Assembly: GCA_030704615.1 (NCBI GenBank)
Contig: CM060731.1
Coordinates: 71,176,001-71,240,000 of the forward strand
DNA from: Takakia lepidozioides
Taxonomy: Eukaryota; Plantae; Bryophyta
DNA length: 64,000 nt
Direction of reading: 5' to 3'
Shown here: one piece after another, positions 53,201 to 64,000 of the stretch
How the letters are laid out: each line of letters opens with the position of its first letter
How positions within the stretch are numbered: position 1 is the stretch's first letter
The notes under the pieces: model-generated
Told to the model about the DNA's origin: nothing
The model's database searches: none
The model's input: only the letters and a program-made list of their open reading frames with translations
Position numbers and translations under genes: made by a program

Positions 53201-53834
53201 TATGACTTGCGTGTATGGAAAGCCCAAGTACGACATACAAACAATGCCAGAGGCTCCCCCGGTGTGGCCAGTGGAACCAGGCTGCGATCTGAGTCAGGTT
53301 GAGACCGACGCCCTTACCGCCGCAGGATTTCGGACGGTGCAGCGCACTGACGTCCCCAGACAACCATTTCCGCTTCCACAGCCTCCACCACCGACCCCTG
53401 TGAGAGCAAGAACAATGGGACACGACAGCTCTAAGCATCCTACACACCGTTGGGGGAAACCGAAGAGGCGGCGACCTCCCTCAAAAGTGAACGAGACAAG
53501 GATGGGGAATGCACTTCGGATGAACTGTACAATCCAGAGCTCGACAGAAGTGCCCCCACCAGGATTCGGGCGTGTGTATCAGATGGCCACGGCGGGCTCA
53601 GCTGTTTGCAATGAGGTGTACACCATCACCATTTCAGAATTACCCACCTGCAATTGCACCGACTTCCAGATCATGGCGAACAAGGGGGCATCATACTGCC
53701 CTTGCAAGCATTTGTACTACGTGTACCTAAAGAGACTCCGTTGTAATTCCACAACTCATCACTTCATACATGCACCAGGGTTGAGCCCCCAGGAGGTTCA
53801 CACTCTTCTGAATATGGATCCAGGGGACCAGTGA
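50227..53834 (+). CDS. Mutator-like DDE transposase with GCM/WRKY-like Zn domain and C-terminal SWIM (two exons, about 1,174 aa, intact)
   Basis: Exon 50227-52320, phase-0 GT-AG intron 52321-52403, exon 52404-53834. N-terminal DGHPW..TKTSS..CAGKLRC..C and CAHC..C..C..H.HP. Catalytic candidates VMFD, FMAD and PNTNMAES, plus CGFHW. SWIM CNCTDF..CKH. Confidence 0.85.
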
Positions 53835-54684
53835 GCTTGGCTTGCGGTCCACATACAATGGTACGCCCATCCTTTTCGGATAGTAGAACTGTACTGCTGC
53901 CAGTACCTCAGACTCTGGCCACAGAAAGGTCCGACATATGTCTTGCCTACCAGTAACCTGTTTTGATCGAACTAAGATATTACTATATCGTTCACTTGTT
54001 TCCACGTGCATGTATTTTTGTATGTTGGAGGGTTCATGTTTTTCTGCTTTCCGAAAACTTGCTCTCCTCGTTCGACCTCCGACAAGGAAATGCGGCGCCG
54101 AATTTCCAAGTATCGTCGTAGGTACCCCCAGAGGCGGCCTTCGCCAACACCAAACCGCTCCGAAATTTCGCACGTGCGAACCCTAATGCGGCACCCTATT
54201 TCCCAGTTCAGTTGCAAACCTTTCCCGCCGAATACCCGAAGAAGACAGAATTGTGAAGTACTGCAGACTGTATTGGTGCAGACTCCATTGGTTCAATCGC
54301 GGCAAAAGGGTCAGCTTCATTCCAATGTTAAGGCATGTAAAACCGCGGAATACTCTATACAGGCCAGTATGCGACGTCCTTTTGCAGTGGTATACTGGAT
54401 TTCCCGTTGCACGGTCACTTATTTCCATGAGCGGATCTAAAAAACCATGAGCGAACTTGTTACTGACGACATATCTTCGCCGCATTACATGATCTGGAAC
54501 GTCCAAAAACGGCAAGGTCAAATAAAAAAACTATTATTTTAATACTTGTTTAATCTGCCGCATTTCCAAATTTGGAGGAGTCCGCTCATGAAATCCGCGT
54601 ATCTTAGACTTCGGCTCACCGCTCATGCGGCTCATGCGGCTCATGGCTCATGGCTCATGGTTTCTGCTCATGAAATAGTAAACC

Positions 54685-55810
54685 GGTGGAATCACAAGGA
54701 CGTGACATGGCAGAATTAAAAGTACAGATGCAGAATATGATTGAGTACCAGAAAGCCATTGTGACCAGATTGGGGATTAATCTACCAAGCGCAGGACCAG
54801 TGACATCTACGATGGATACGTCTACTGTGACAGTATCAAAATGTTTGGAATCCCAATTTCAAACAGTAACTGGTGCTCACTCTAAGCCCTTATGTCTTCC
54901 TGTCACTGATGATCTTTTGAATTTGACCGAGCAGCAGCAGGATACAGGGAAGGCCAGCTGTGAGGTACACGTGGAAATTCAGCCCTTGCCACGTACAAAG
55001 GCAGTAGCAGTCCAGGGGGCAATGGTGACAGAGCCGCCGGGCACACCGGATTCTGGTATGCAGGTATGTGGGAGTTTAAATGGGGAGGAAGATGCAGACG
55101 GGGACAAAACAAACAAGCAGGTTGCTTTAATTTCTCCTGCTCACATGTTGAAGCCAAATGTCAGTTTACTTCCTGGACCAACGAGGAAGCATTTACTAAT
55201 TCTGGACTTAAATGGTCTGTTATGTGAATCTTTTCATTCTGCTAATGGGCATGCATCCCTTCCCAAAGGTTTTGTGGGGAAGATGTGTGGCAAGAAGATG
55301 GTAGTTTTGAGACCACGCTGTTATGAGTTTTTGCAAAAGTGTTTTGAACACTTTGAGGTGGCGGTGTGGTCTTGTTGCCAAGCTCGCAACTTCTTCCCAA
55401 TGGTGGACTATATTTTTGCAGCCCACACTAACCTGGTTTTCCAGTGGGATGCCCTTCACTGTGACGAGGATCCAGTCCTCCCATGCCGTAAGGGGTCTGA
55501 TTCAAAGCCATTATATTTCAAGAACTTGTCTACAGTGTGGGCAGACTGGCCAGAATGGACTTATGATGACACTGTTCTTGTTGACGACACACCAAGAAAG
55601 GCGGCAAACAATCCTCCCTTCAGTGGGTTTTTTCCAGAGCCATGGAAGGTGCAACCAGATTCACCAACTGATGAGTATCTAACAAAGGTGTTGCGGCCTT
55701 TCTTGTGGAAGACATCGAAAGCTGCCAGTATTCCCAAGTTTTTGGAGTCTCAGCCTGTTTTCGGACAACAACCATACAACACTGCTACTGTGAAGGTACA
55801 AACATTCTGA
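54685..55810 (+). pseudogene. CACTA second gene continued: FCP1/NIF HAD phosphatase-like domain (about 55190-55790)
   Basis: LLILDLNGLL, VLRPRCYEFLQKCFEHFEVAVWS, KPLYFKNL..VW and TVLVDDTPRKA..NP. Confidence 0.85.
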
Positions 55811-56269
55811 CAGTGCTCTAGAGGCTACAATTTTGTGGGTTCATTCATTGCATTGCTTTCCTGGATGCTTCTCCTCGGTTGCTTGATTAATGCTAGGTTT
55901 TCTTTGCAGCTTTTCATGTTGGTTTTTTTTGTTTGTTTCATACTTGGATTTTGTTTCTATTCACTTTTCCTGTTTGCTCATTGCTTTCCTGGTTGTTCTC
56001 TAGTCTGTGACACAGGAACTTGTGACAAACAAAGGTGATATTGTCGACAAGCCGGTACAGACGAGGGGCAACAGTGTCGACCCGGCGAGTAGCCCCCCAA
56101 AAGAGGTCTCACCACCACTGGAGACTGCAAATGGAGTAAGTCCAGGCCGTTGTCTTGTTTGTTTTATTTTTTCCAACCTTGGGGCTCTCTTTAATTCGCA
56201 AATGTTGAGTGTCCTAGTCGTGTGTATGTCATGGGTTTTCACATCATGTTCTTTTTTGTGTGGAGTTGG

Positions 56270-56559
56270 GATCACAGTTCAAGGTGGGTGACGAGGTTCG
56301 GCTGTTGGATGTGAACTCCAAACGCAAGAAATGTGGAGTAGGGCTGATTGTTGCTCTTCAAGGTGCTGTGGTGGGTTACGGGTACCCTGCTGTGCCCCTT
56401 GATTATGCCTGTGTGTACATCAAAGAGGCATGTGTCAGTAACACCCCTCTACCATATGTGAATGGTGTTAGGAAACAGACCGAGTTGGGGCAAGTGGTTG
56501 GCCAGTCAACACTTTGGAGTCTAAAGTTACTGAAACTTATGGAGCTGCGGAAGGGATAG
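56270..56559 (+). pseudogene. Terminal exon: Tnp1/En/Spm-like C-terminal domain
   Basis: GDEVRLLD...CGVG...VPLDYACVYI....TPLPY.....LGQVVGQSTLW, a pattern typical of CACTA TnpA C-termini. Confidence 0.65.
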
Positions 56560-57049
56560 TCAGTATTGCATTGTTTAACAGAGTTCTTGATTCTAATAGC
56601 ACTAGAACATACTAGCTACAACAATTCAGCCCATGTGTGGGCTTGCTTGTTTTTGGCTGGGCCTTTTGAGGCATGGATTTTTTGACCTTGTGGCTTTTGA
56701 GGTGTCCATTGGTGGATTTTTGTAATGTGATTTATAGGGCTTGTATTGCCCTGTAGTTGACTATTTTCATTCTCCTTGTGGTTGATAGTATGCAGGAGGG
56801 ATCCATTCTGTTTTCATGTTGGAATTTCGCCATGTAATGAAGATTTTAAATCATTTAATTCACTTTCATTTTAAATAATAATATTAAAAATAATACCATT
56901 AAAAAAAAATCCAAGGCTGCAATCTCCCTGTTCTTTTAAATATTAAATGAAAACTAAAAAATAAAATATGAACATTAAAAATATAAACTATTTCGGAAAA
57001 CAATCTTGATGACACGTGACATCACTCTTGCTCAAACCAGAACACGTGG

Positions 57050-57708
57050 CAGTATATGACACGACATTCTTTATCCATATTTTCACCACGTGTAAATATC
57101 CGTAGTCATATATTTTGTCTGTGTGCCACATGTCACATCTCAAGTGCAACAGGTGTCCCGCTAACAACTCTCCATGTAGACATCCCTGTAGTCATATGAG
57201 CGAGTCATGTAGTCACCACGTGTGAAATCTGCCATAGCACACTTGTCCCGCTAGCGCCTCTCCATGTAGGCATCACTATGCAGACATGTAGTCATATGAT
57301 CATGGCAAGAAGTCGTGACATGTCAAATTCGCAGTGGCGCACATGTCCATCCGTCGCCTCTCCATGTAGGCATCACTTTGCAGACATATAGTCATATGAT
57401 CCCCTGACAAATGCATGACGTGTCGCTTGCGCAGTGGCGCACGTGTCCCGCTGAAGCCTCTCCATGTAGACAGCGCTCAACAGACAATGTAGTCATATAT
57501 TAGTCATATAGTTGTGTCTGCAACCCTCTCTGCAGCAGAACTCCAGGTGCCACGCAATCAGTCACGGATATGACTTGCAAAACGCAGTCCTAAAGACTAG
57601 TCGCTATGACAGGGTTTTTTTCACTACAGAGTGATGTAGTCATGAACGCATATAAGACTGAAAAAATAGTCATATGTGAAGTCATAAAAACGCTCATATG
57701 TTATAGTG
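57050..57708 (+). repeat. CACTA right subterminal repeats and TIR
   Basis: Four longer units of GTCCCGCT..CTCTCCATGTAG..TAGTCATAT. Terminal TAGTG at 57704-57708. Confidence 0.88.
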
Positions 57709-57711
57709 ATT

Positions 57712-60550
57712 CAGGGCTGAGTCTGATGAGAGGGAAAAACAGGCTGAAATAGGTCGAAGAAGAAGGTGCCCTCACCACATTCTCCAAGGCCTCCATACCA
57801 CGCCCCTGCAGTGCATACCCTACAAGCATCGTGTTCCACGTGATGAAACATCATTGAGGCATTATGTTGAACACTTGGTGAGCATCCATGATGCTCCCAC
57901 ACATAACATACATGTTGACAATGGTGTTGAGTAGAAAAATATTTGGCGTGCACTTTGGATAATGTGAGTGTGCACCTGCTTTCTAGCTTCACTTGGCCTT
58001 TCATCTTGATGCACTTATGCAAGAGACAGACATACGTATCTGAATCTACTGAAATGCCTCCTTGGTTTAAAGTCAGTAGAGCCTCTTTCAGTCTGCCTGC
58101 CAAAGCATCTTCACATGCCCATAAGTGCCAGAAGAGGCATTGTGGACTCCCTCTCTTGATCCTCTTCCAGAAGTTGTGGTCATGGTTGAGGTGCCTGACT
58201 TTATCAACTGTGCCGCTGCAGCTACTGCCTTTGGCGATGCAACAATGCACCTCTTTGCATCTGGTAATCTGACAGGCATTCGCCTTGGTACAATTCCAGC
58301 TCTGAAGATGTCGCCATGTGGACCTCTTTCCCCTTTTCCAAAGTTGCCAGGGCAGTGTTCAGATTGACATTTGGTACAATTCCAGCTTTGATGATATCCC
58401 CATGCACCTCTTTGCCCTTCTCCAGGCCGGCTGCTAGGCTTGCACAAGCATTGCAAATGCACACAAACATGATGTGCTTCCATTGCTCATAGGTCTCCAA
58501 AGCCTCCATTCCACATCCCTGCTGTGCATACCCTGCAAGCACATCATATTGCACTCCACGACACCACATGTCGTTCAGCCATAGTGTCGAACACTCCCTT
58601 TGAATCCTAGATGCACCCACATTTTGCAAACATGTTCACCAGGCTATTGTTCAGAATGTCATCTGGTACAATTCCAGCTCTGAAGATGTCACCATGCACA
58701 TCTTTCCCCATTTCCAAAGCTGTCAGGGCAGTGTTCAGATTGACATTTGGCACAATTCCAGCTTTGATGATATCCCCATGCACCTCTCGCCCTTCTCCAG
58801 GGCTGCCAGGCTTGCACAAGCATTGCAAATGCACACAAACATGATGTGCTTCCCCCATCCTTTGCTCATAGGTCTCCAAAGCGTCCATCCCACGTCCCTG
58901 CCGTGCATACCTTGCAAGCATCGCACTCCACGACACCACATCTTGTTCAGCCATAGTGTCAAACACTCCCTTTGCATCCTAGATCCTAGATCCCTTTGCA
59001 CCCACATTTTGCAAACATGTCCACTAGGGTATGGTTCAGAATGACATTTGGTACAATTCCAGCTCTGAAGATGTGGCCATGGACCTCTTTCCCCTTTTCC
59101 AGAGGTGCCAGGGCAGTGTTCATAATGGCATTTGGTACAATTCCAGCTTTGATTATACCCCATGCACCTCTTTGCCCTCGTCCAGGCTCGATGCACCCAC
59201 ATTTCGCATACATGTCCACCAGGGTATGGTTCAGACTGACATTTGGTACAATTCCAGCTCTGAAGGTGTCGCCATGGACCTCTTTCCCCTTTTCCAGAGC
59301 TGCCAGGGCAGTGTTTAGAATGACATTTGGTACAATTCCAGCTTTGATGATATCCCCATGCACCTCTTTACCCTTGTCCAGGGCTGCCAGGCTTGCACAA
59401 GCATTGCAAATGCACACAAAGTGGCCGGGCTTCACCCCCTCCCCCATCATTGGATCATAGGTCTCCCAAGCCTCCATCCCACGTCCCTGTTGTGCATACC
59501 TTGCAAGCATCGCACTCCACAACACCACATCTCATTCAGCCATAGTGTCAAAAACTCCCTTTGCATCCTCAATGCATCCACATTTGGCATACATGTCCAG
59601 GTTGGGGCAGTGTTCATAATGACATCCGGTGCAATTCCAGCTTTGACCGATGTCACCATGGACCTCGTTCCCCTTTTCCAGGCTTGCACACGCATTGCAA
59701 ACACATACAAACGCGATGTGGTTGGGCTCCACCCCCTCGCGCATCATTTGCTCACAAGTCTCCAAAGCATTCGTACCACGCCCATGCTTGGTAATCCTGC
59801 CAACATTATATTCCACGTGATCAAAGATCGTTGAGGCATTCTATGTTGAACACTTGGTGATCATCCATGATGCTCCCCTTAACATACATGTTGACAAGGT
59901 TGTTGAGTAGAAAAACGCTCGGCGTGAATCCACTTTGGACAATGTGAGTGTGCACCTGCTTTCCAACTTCTAGGCCTTTCATCTTGATGCACTTATGCAA
60001 GAGACACACATACGTATCTACATCTGCTGAAATGCCTCTTTGGTTTAGAGTTTGTAGAGCCTCTTTCAGTCTGCCTGCGTCATAAAGCATCTTCACATGC
60101 CCATAAGTGCCAGAAGAGGCATTGTGGACTCCCTCGCTTGATCCTCTTCCAGAAGCTATGGTCATGGTTGAGGTGCCTGATTTTATCAACTGTGCCGCTA
60201 CAGCTGCCGCTTCCAGCTAACCATCTACCCCTGGAGGTTTCTTGTAGCTATCCTTCAGAGGGATCCATAGGTAATCTGGAGCTTGAAATCCGATCCTCTT
60301 GGATGAATATGGACCCACACTCTATCCTGCTCCTTCAGCTATCACTGCCTCTGCACAATCATGCATACATCCTTGCCTTGCTGCCAATGCGATCATCGCA
60401 CTCCACAACACCACATCTCGTTGAGCCACAGTCGAACACTACCTTCGCATCTTCAATGCGACCGCATTCGGCATACATGTCCACCAGGGCGGTGTTCAGA
60501 ACGACAAACCCTACAATTCCAGCTTTCACGATGTCACCATGGACCTTCCA
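57712..60550 (-). pseudogene. PDF-motif + PLS-class PPR pseudogene array with internal duplications
   Basis: PDF remnant at 60200-60310, then GRLKEAL...TYVCLLHKC...GKQVHTHI...NNLVNMY. Repeated GKEVHGDI.KAG.VPNV.LNT and DVVSWSAMLA.YA.QG. Many frameshifts. Confidence 0.88.
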
Positions 60551-61704
60551 TGTCACTTCCAGGTGGAGGCAGTACATATTAAAATATATATTCCCCAAGG
60601 CCACATTTTCTTTACCTGTTTTTGTGAAACACACGTCAGCAAATGTGGCCCCCAATCACGGGTGCAATCAATGCGCAGTGGTTCATGGAATCGTTGAGTC
60701 GACTACAAATTCACTTTAATGAATAAATATCTTTATTCCATTAATCAAATTATGAATGAAAAATTTCTAGTCGCATGTGCAGTAATTAGAACCACTTGTA
60801 ATTTTCACTTTTTCAAATTTTATGTATTTACGCAATAAATTAAATAGCCCGGATTTTTGCTACGACTCTGGAGTCGTTGACCCCACTTCTGCCTGCCGTA
60901 TGAAATGCCCCCGTGGACCCACCTTGTCCGTTTCGACTCTCCAGTAGTCCCGCTTACTGCCAAGTGGTTCCCGGAGTGGTTGGCGGACACCCAGTCGATT
61001 CGGAAAAGACATGAATGCTACTAGTGAGTGCTCCATCAGCAGCAGCAAAAGATAAGTCAAAAGCAAGCATCATCATGTCAAACCGGGAGCAAGCGGGCCG
61101 AAATCGGGGCTGCAAGCAGCAACAGTATGTTCCTTTTGCACACATCCTTATCTGCAAGCTCAAGAGAATTCAAAGTAGATAGGGATCCTCACCTGGTCCC
61201 ATCACAAGCCCCCACAAAAACCAATGGGTTAGTGAGGATTGTGTAACCCCAGGTGAATCACAGACCCCTACACTTGTTATCGATGTCAACTAGGAACCCC
61301 AAAAACAAGAGAGAAAGATATGAAGTAAAATGAACCCTAATCACCAAAAGCACCTTGAGCGATTGGGGAAGGTAACACTGCGCCATCGCCACCAACACGC
61401 CACCTCCAGCACAGCTAAGGAGAAGCGAGGCATACAAATGCTAGGTCTAAGAAGGGTGTGAGAGCGATATACTTCCCCACCCAAGCGCCGCTGCGAAACA
61501 TAAAAGCCAGAGGAGGGAAAGGGGCGATGCCATCACAGCGGGTTCTCCCGCCTGTGAGAAGAGACAAGACGCCGCCATTGCGCATCCCCAGGAGCTCGTC
61601 CGGCATGAAGCAGCAAACAGGGTAGCAGTGGAGCTCAGACGCCATAACTCGCGAGCTCAGCAGCACGCGGAGTGCAGCTGATAGCGGGAGAGACACCCTA
61701 GGGC

Positions 61705-62335
61705 AGAGCCCGATTTTTCATCCGATGGATGAATAATCAATACCCTTTATCTCAAAAACCCGACGGATGTCATCCGTTAGCTAGGTTTAGACAGTAGATT
61801 ATAGGGTAGGAGTTAGGGTTTCACTCCTTAATTAGCAATAATTAGGGTAATTAAAAAATTCTCCATGGCCATCATAAGTTGTTTTTTTCATCCGGTTTAG
61901 ATGAACAAATAAATAGGTTCATTTATTTGGATGAGGTCCATCAACAAGATGAAAAAGTAGTATACATCATCCAGGGCAGCGGTTTCTCATCCTAACAGGT
62001 AATTCGTCATCCCTTAAGAGAAAGCCTCATCCAGTACGGAAAAAAAAAGCATAAAGGAGGAATAAAACGAATTCAAATCCTGGTATTTTTCATCCGACAT
62101 GGATGGAAAAATTATAAATAGGATGTCAGTGTCACAACCCCTATGGAGGTAATTCCTCATTCTCTGGTGACTCATCTGATATTGATGAAAGTCAATAAAA
62201 GAGGAATGAAAAATTATAGGTCCTTTTTAGCGGTATTTTAGTGTCCACCCAGGTGATTCTTCCGGTATGGATAGAAAACCTTTACAAGTCGGGTGAAAAC
62301 ACCTTTTAGAGTCCATCTGGTATAGATGGAAAATC
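61705..62335. repeat. Cluster of TTTTCATCC/GGATGAAAA motifs in both orientations, possible TE subterminal region
   Basis: At least ten CATCC/GGATG(AA) motifs in an AT-rich non-coding stretch. Confidence 0.4.
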
Positions 62336-62514
62336 ATGAAAAGAACACTGAAGCAACCGGCCAATTCCGAGGAGGGAGACAGAGGGAGAGAGGGGGCAAC
62401 AATGAAAAAAAATGGGTTGGGGGGGGGGGGGGAGGGCAGATGGTGGGGTCAGCTACAACACATGTCCAACACCAGATATCCTAAGTTAATTGACTCTATA
62501 TCTTGGAAACAGGA

Positions 62515-63355
62515 CCGCCCACCGACCTGTCAAACAAGCTAAGTCCTGGCAGAAGACAGTAGAAGAGATTCTCAAGGACCTGGACCTTGAACCGCAAGTC
62601 TTCACCCTGCTGGATAAATCTGACTTAGAGGCTGTAGTGTCCAACCATGTATGTTGCCATGAGATTGTCTGATGAAAATGAAGTTAGGCAGAAAACTTCC
62701 CTGCACTTGTTTCCAGTCAGCGACATGGGGGAGGACATCTTGGATGACCTCAAGGGTCTACCCACTCTCGGCACTAGACTGAAATTTAAACTCAGGGCAG
62801 GAAGCCTACCTTTGAACAGCAAATAGAAGCAGAGAGGAAACGGAGAGTGCAATTGCCCGTTGTGTGGGCAATCTGAAGACAATATTCATTCTTTGATACA
62901 CTGTCCGGGGTTCTCTCACCAAAGAGACTCTATCTTCAAATCTATCAAGGGAATTGTGCATGTACCTCTGTTTACTAACTTTGAAAAAGTCGAGGCTGAG
63001 CCAAAAGCCCAACCCCTTCGCCCTGTCAAACAGGGTGAGCCCTGGAGAAGAGAGTAAAAGAGATTCTCAAGGATCTGAATATGGACCTGCAAGTCTTGAC
63101 CTTGCTGGATAAACCTGACTTAGAGAGTGTAGTGTCCAAAGCCATGTCTGTTACCAGAAAATTGTCCGATGAAAATGAAGTTAGGAATAAAACTTCCCTG
63201 AACCTGTTTCCAGTCTGTGACATGGGGGAGGACATCATGGATGCGCTCAAGGGTCTATCCCACTCTTGGCACCAGACCTAAATTTAAAGTCAAGGTAGGA
63301 AGACTACCTTTGAACAGTAAATAGAAGCAGAGAGGAAAGGGAGAATGCAATTTCC
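62515..63355 (+). pseudogene. Tandemly duplicated 3' fragment of a non-LTR retrotransposon ORF2 with CCHC finger
   Basis: LKFKLRAGSLPLN...CPLCGQSEDNIHSLIHC. The segment from 62515 is repeated at 63015-63355. Confidence 0.65.
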
Positions 63356-63759
63356 CTGACGTACCTCTGCTGCTGCTGGTGCTTGAAGCGAGCTGGCGCG
63401 GCGAGCGGCTGCGGTGCTGTTGCACCTGCCAGCGGCGCGGGTCCCCGCCGCTGCAAGGCGTCTCTCCCCCGCTCACCGCGACTCTCTCTCTCTTTAGCTC
63501 GTTAGGTCGCGCCTCTGTGCGGCGTTCCTACCACACAAGGGAGAGAGACATCAGCCCGTGCTTGGGGCAAGAAAGAAAGACAGAAAGTGAGGGAGGAGGC
63601 GGTGCTTACCTTGGGCGTTGGAGCGGCGTTGGGGCAAACTCCTTGGGGCCTTGCGACCACCTCGGGCTCAGTAGCAGGTGCGTTTCTCCTCCACCCTAAA
63701 CCCCACTCTCTAAACTACCTCTCTCCCAAAGAACAAACGAAAACGGGATGGGAAAGAGA

Positions 63760-64000
63760 TGCTTGAAGCACTTATGGGAAAAAAAAAAAGCGCGGCGCCC
63801 ACGTGCGATGCCCGGCCGTCGCACGCCTGCGCCCGCCCTTTTTTGAAATGTAAAAATAAAGATTGCGACGGTTGGCCGTCGTTTCTTGCGACCCCCGACC
63901 CCATAAATAAAAAACACGTTGCCCCCAGCGATGGTTGTCCGTCACGGGGTGCGACCCCCAGGTAAAAAAAACTCGTCGTCCAATGCGACGCCAGGGTGTC
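63760..64000. repeat. GCGAC/GTCGC-rich repeats, probable subterminal region of another DNA transposon running off the window
   Basis: Repeated TGCGAC(CCC) and CGTCG motifs in both orientations. Confidence 0.35.

Larger units (their letters stand above)
39332..54684. mobile_element. Mutator-like DDE/SWIM DNA transposon with ParB-MTase cargo and palindrome arrays
   Basis: Imperfect TIRs GGGCTGCTATTTCATGAG and CTCATGAAATAGTAAACC, with inverted (CATGAGC)n subterminal repeats. The flanks appear to be one host coding exon. Short GG or CGG duplication. Confidence 0.85.
35943..57708 (+). mobile_element. CACTA element body and right end (non-autonomous; no Tnp2 between the TIRs)
   Basis: Subterminal GTAGTCAT/ATGACTAC repeats at 35980-36210 and 57050-57690. 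Ends AAAAACGCTCATATGTTATAGTG followed by ATT. Contains a TnpA-like gene. Confidence 0.8.

Noticed and set aside
57712-60550. Functional PPR RNA-editing factor
   Set aside because: It has numerous frameshifts, scrambled repeats and a CACTA insertion, and no E/DYW domain was seen.
60860-61700. Short GC-rich ORFs that could be a gene or LINE 5' region
   Set aside because: No recognisable domain and no consistent reading frame.

Overview
Plant nuclear DNA, probably from a non-seed plant (inferred from PLS-type PPR fragments, spliceosomal introns and the TE families present). The window is almost entirely nested, rearranged transposable elements. (1) Two copies of one Ty3/Gypsy LTR family: 684-13851 (+) and 18338-29999 (-). 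Each has a tRNA-Arg-like PBS, an extra 5' ORF and a roughly 1,150-aa extra 3' ORF. Copy 1 has its 3' end inverted. Copy 2 lacks integrase and sits, with TSD TTGTC, in a CACTA Tnp2 transposase pseudogene. (2) A decayed tandem cluster of genes fusing OSB-type PDF motifs to PLS-PPR repeats. (3) A CACTA element with TIRs at 33447-33470 and 57685-57708 and TSD AAT/ATT. Its left end was flipped by a second inversion, and its TnpA-like gene carries an FCP1/NIF phosphatase-like domain. (4) The best candidate for a new system, nested in that gene: a roughly 15.3-kb Mutator-like DNA transposon (39332-54684). It carries an intact spliced DDE/SWIM transposase, a divergently transcribed multi-exon gene fusing a ParB/Srx-like domain to a bacterial-type beta-class N4C/N6A DNA methyltransferase fold, a head-to-head pair of unknown paralogues, and about 50 copies of the palindrome GGAAATGCGG(NN)CCGCATTTCC. 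About 31 of those palindromes form an array with a near-invariant 53-bp period. (5) LINE-like 3' fragments at the right end. All domain calls are by eye from motifs; no database search was run.
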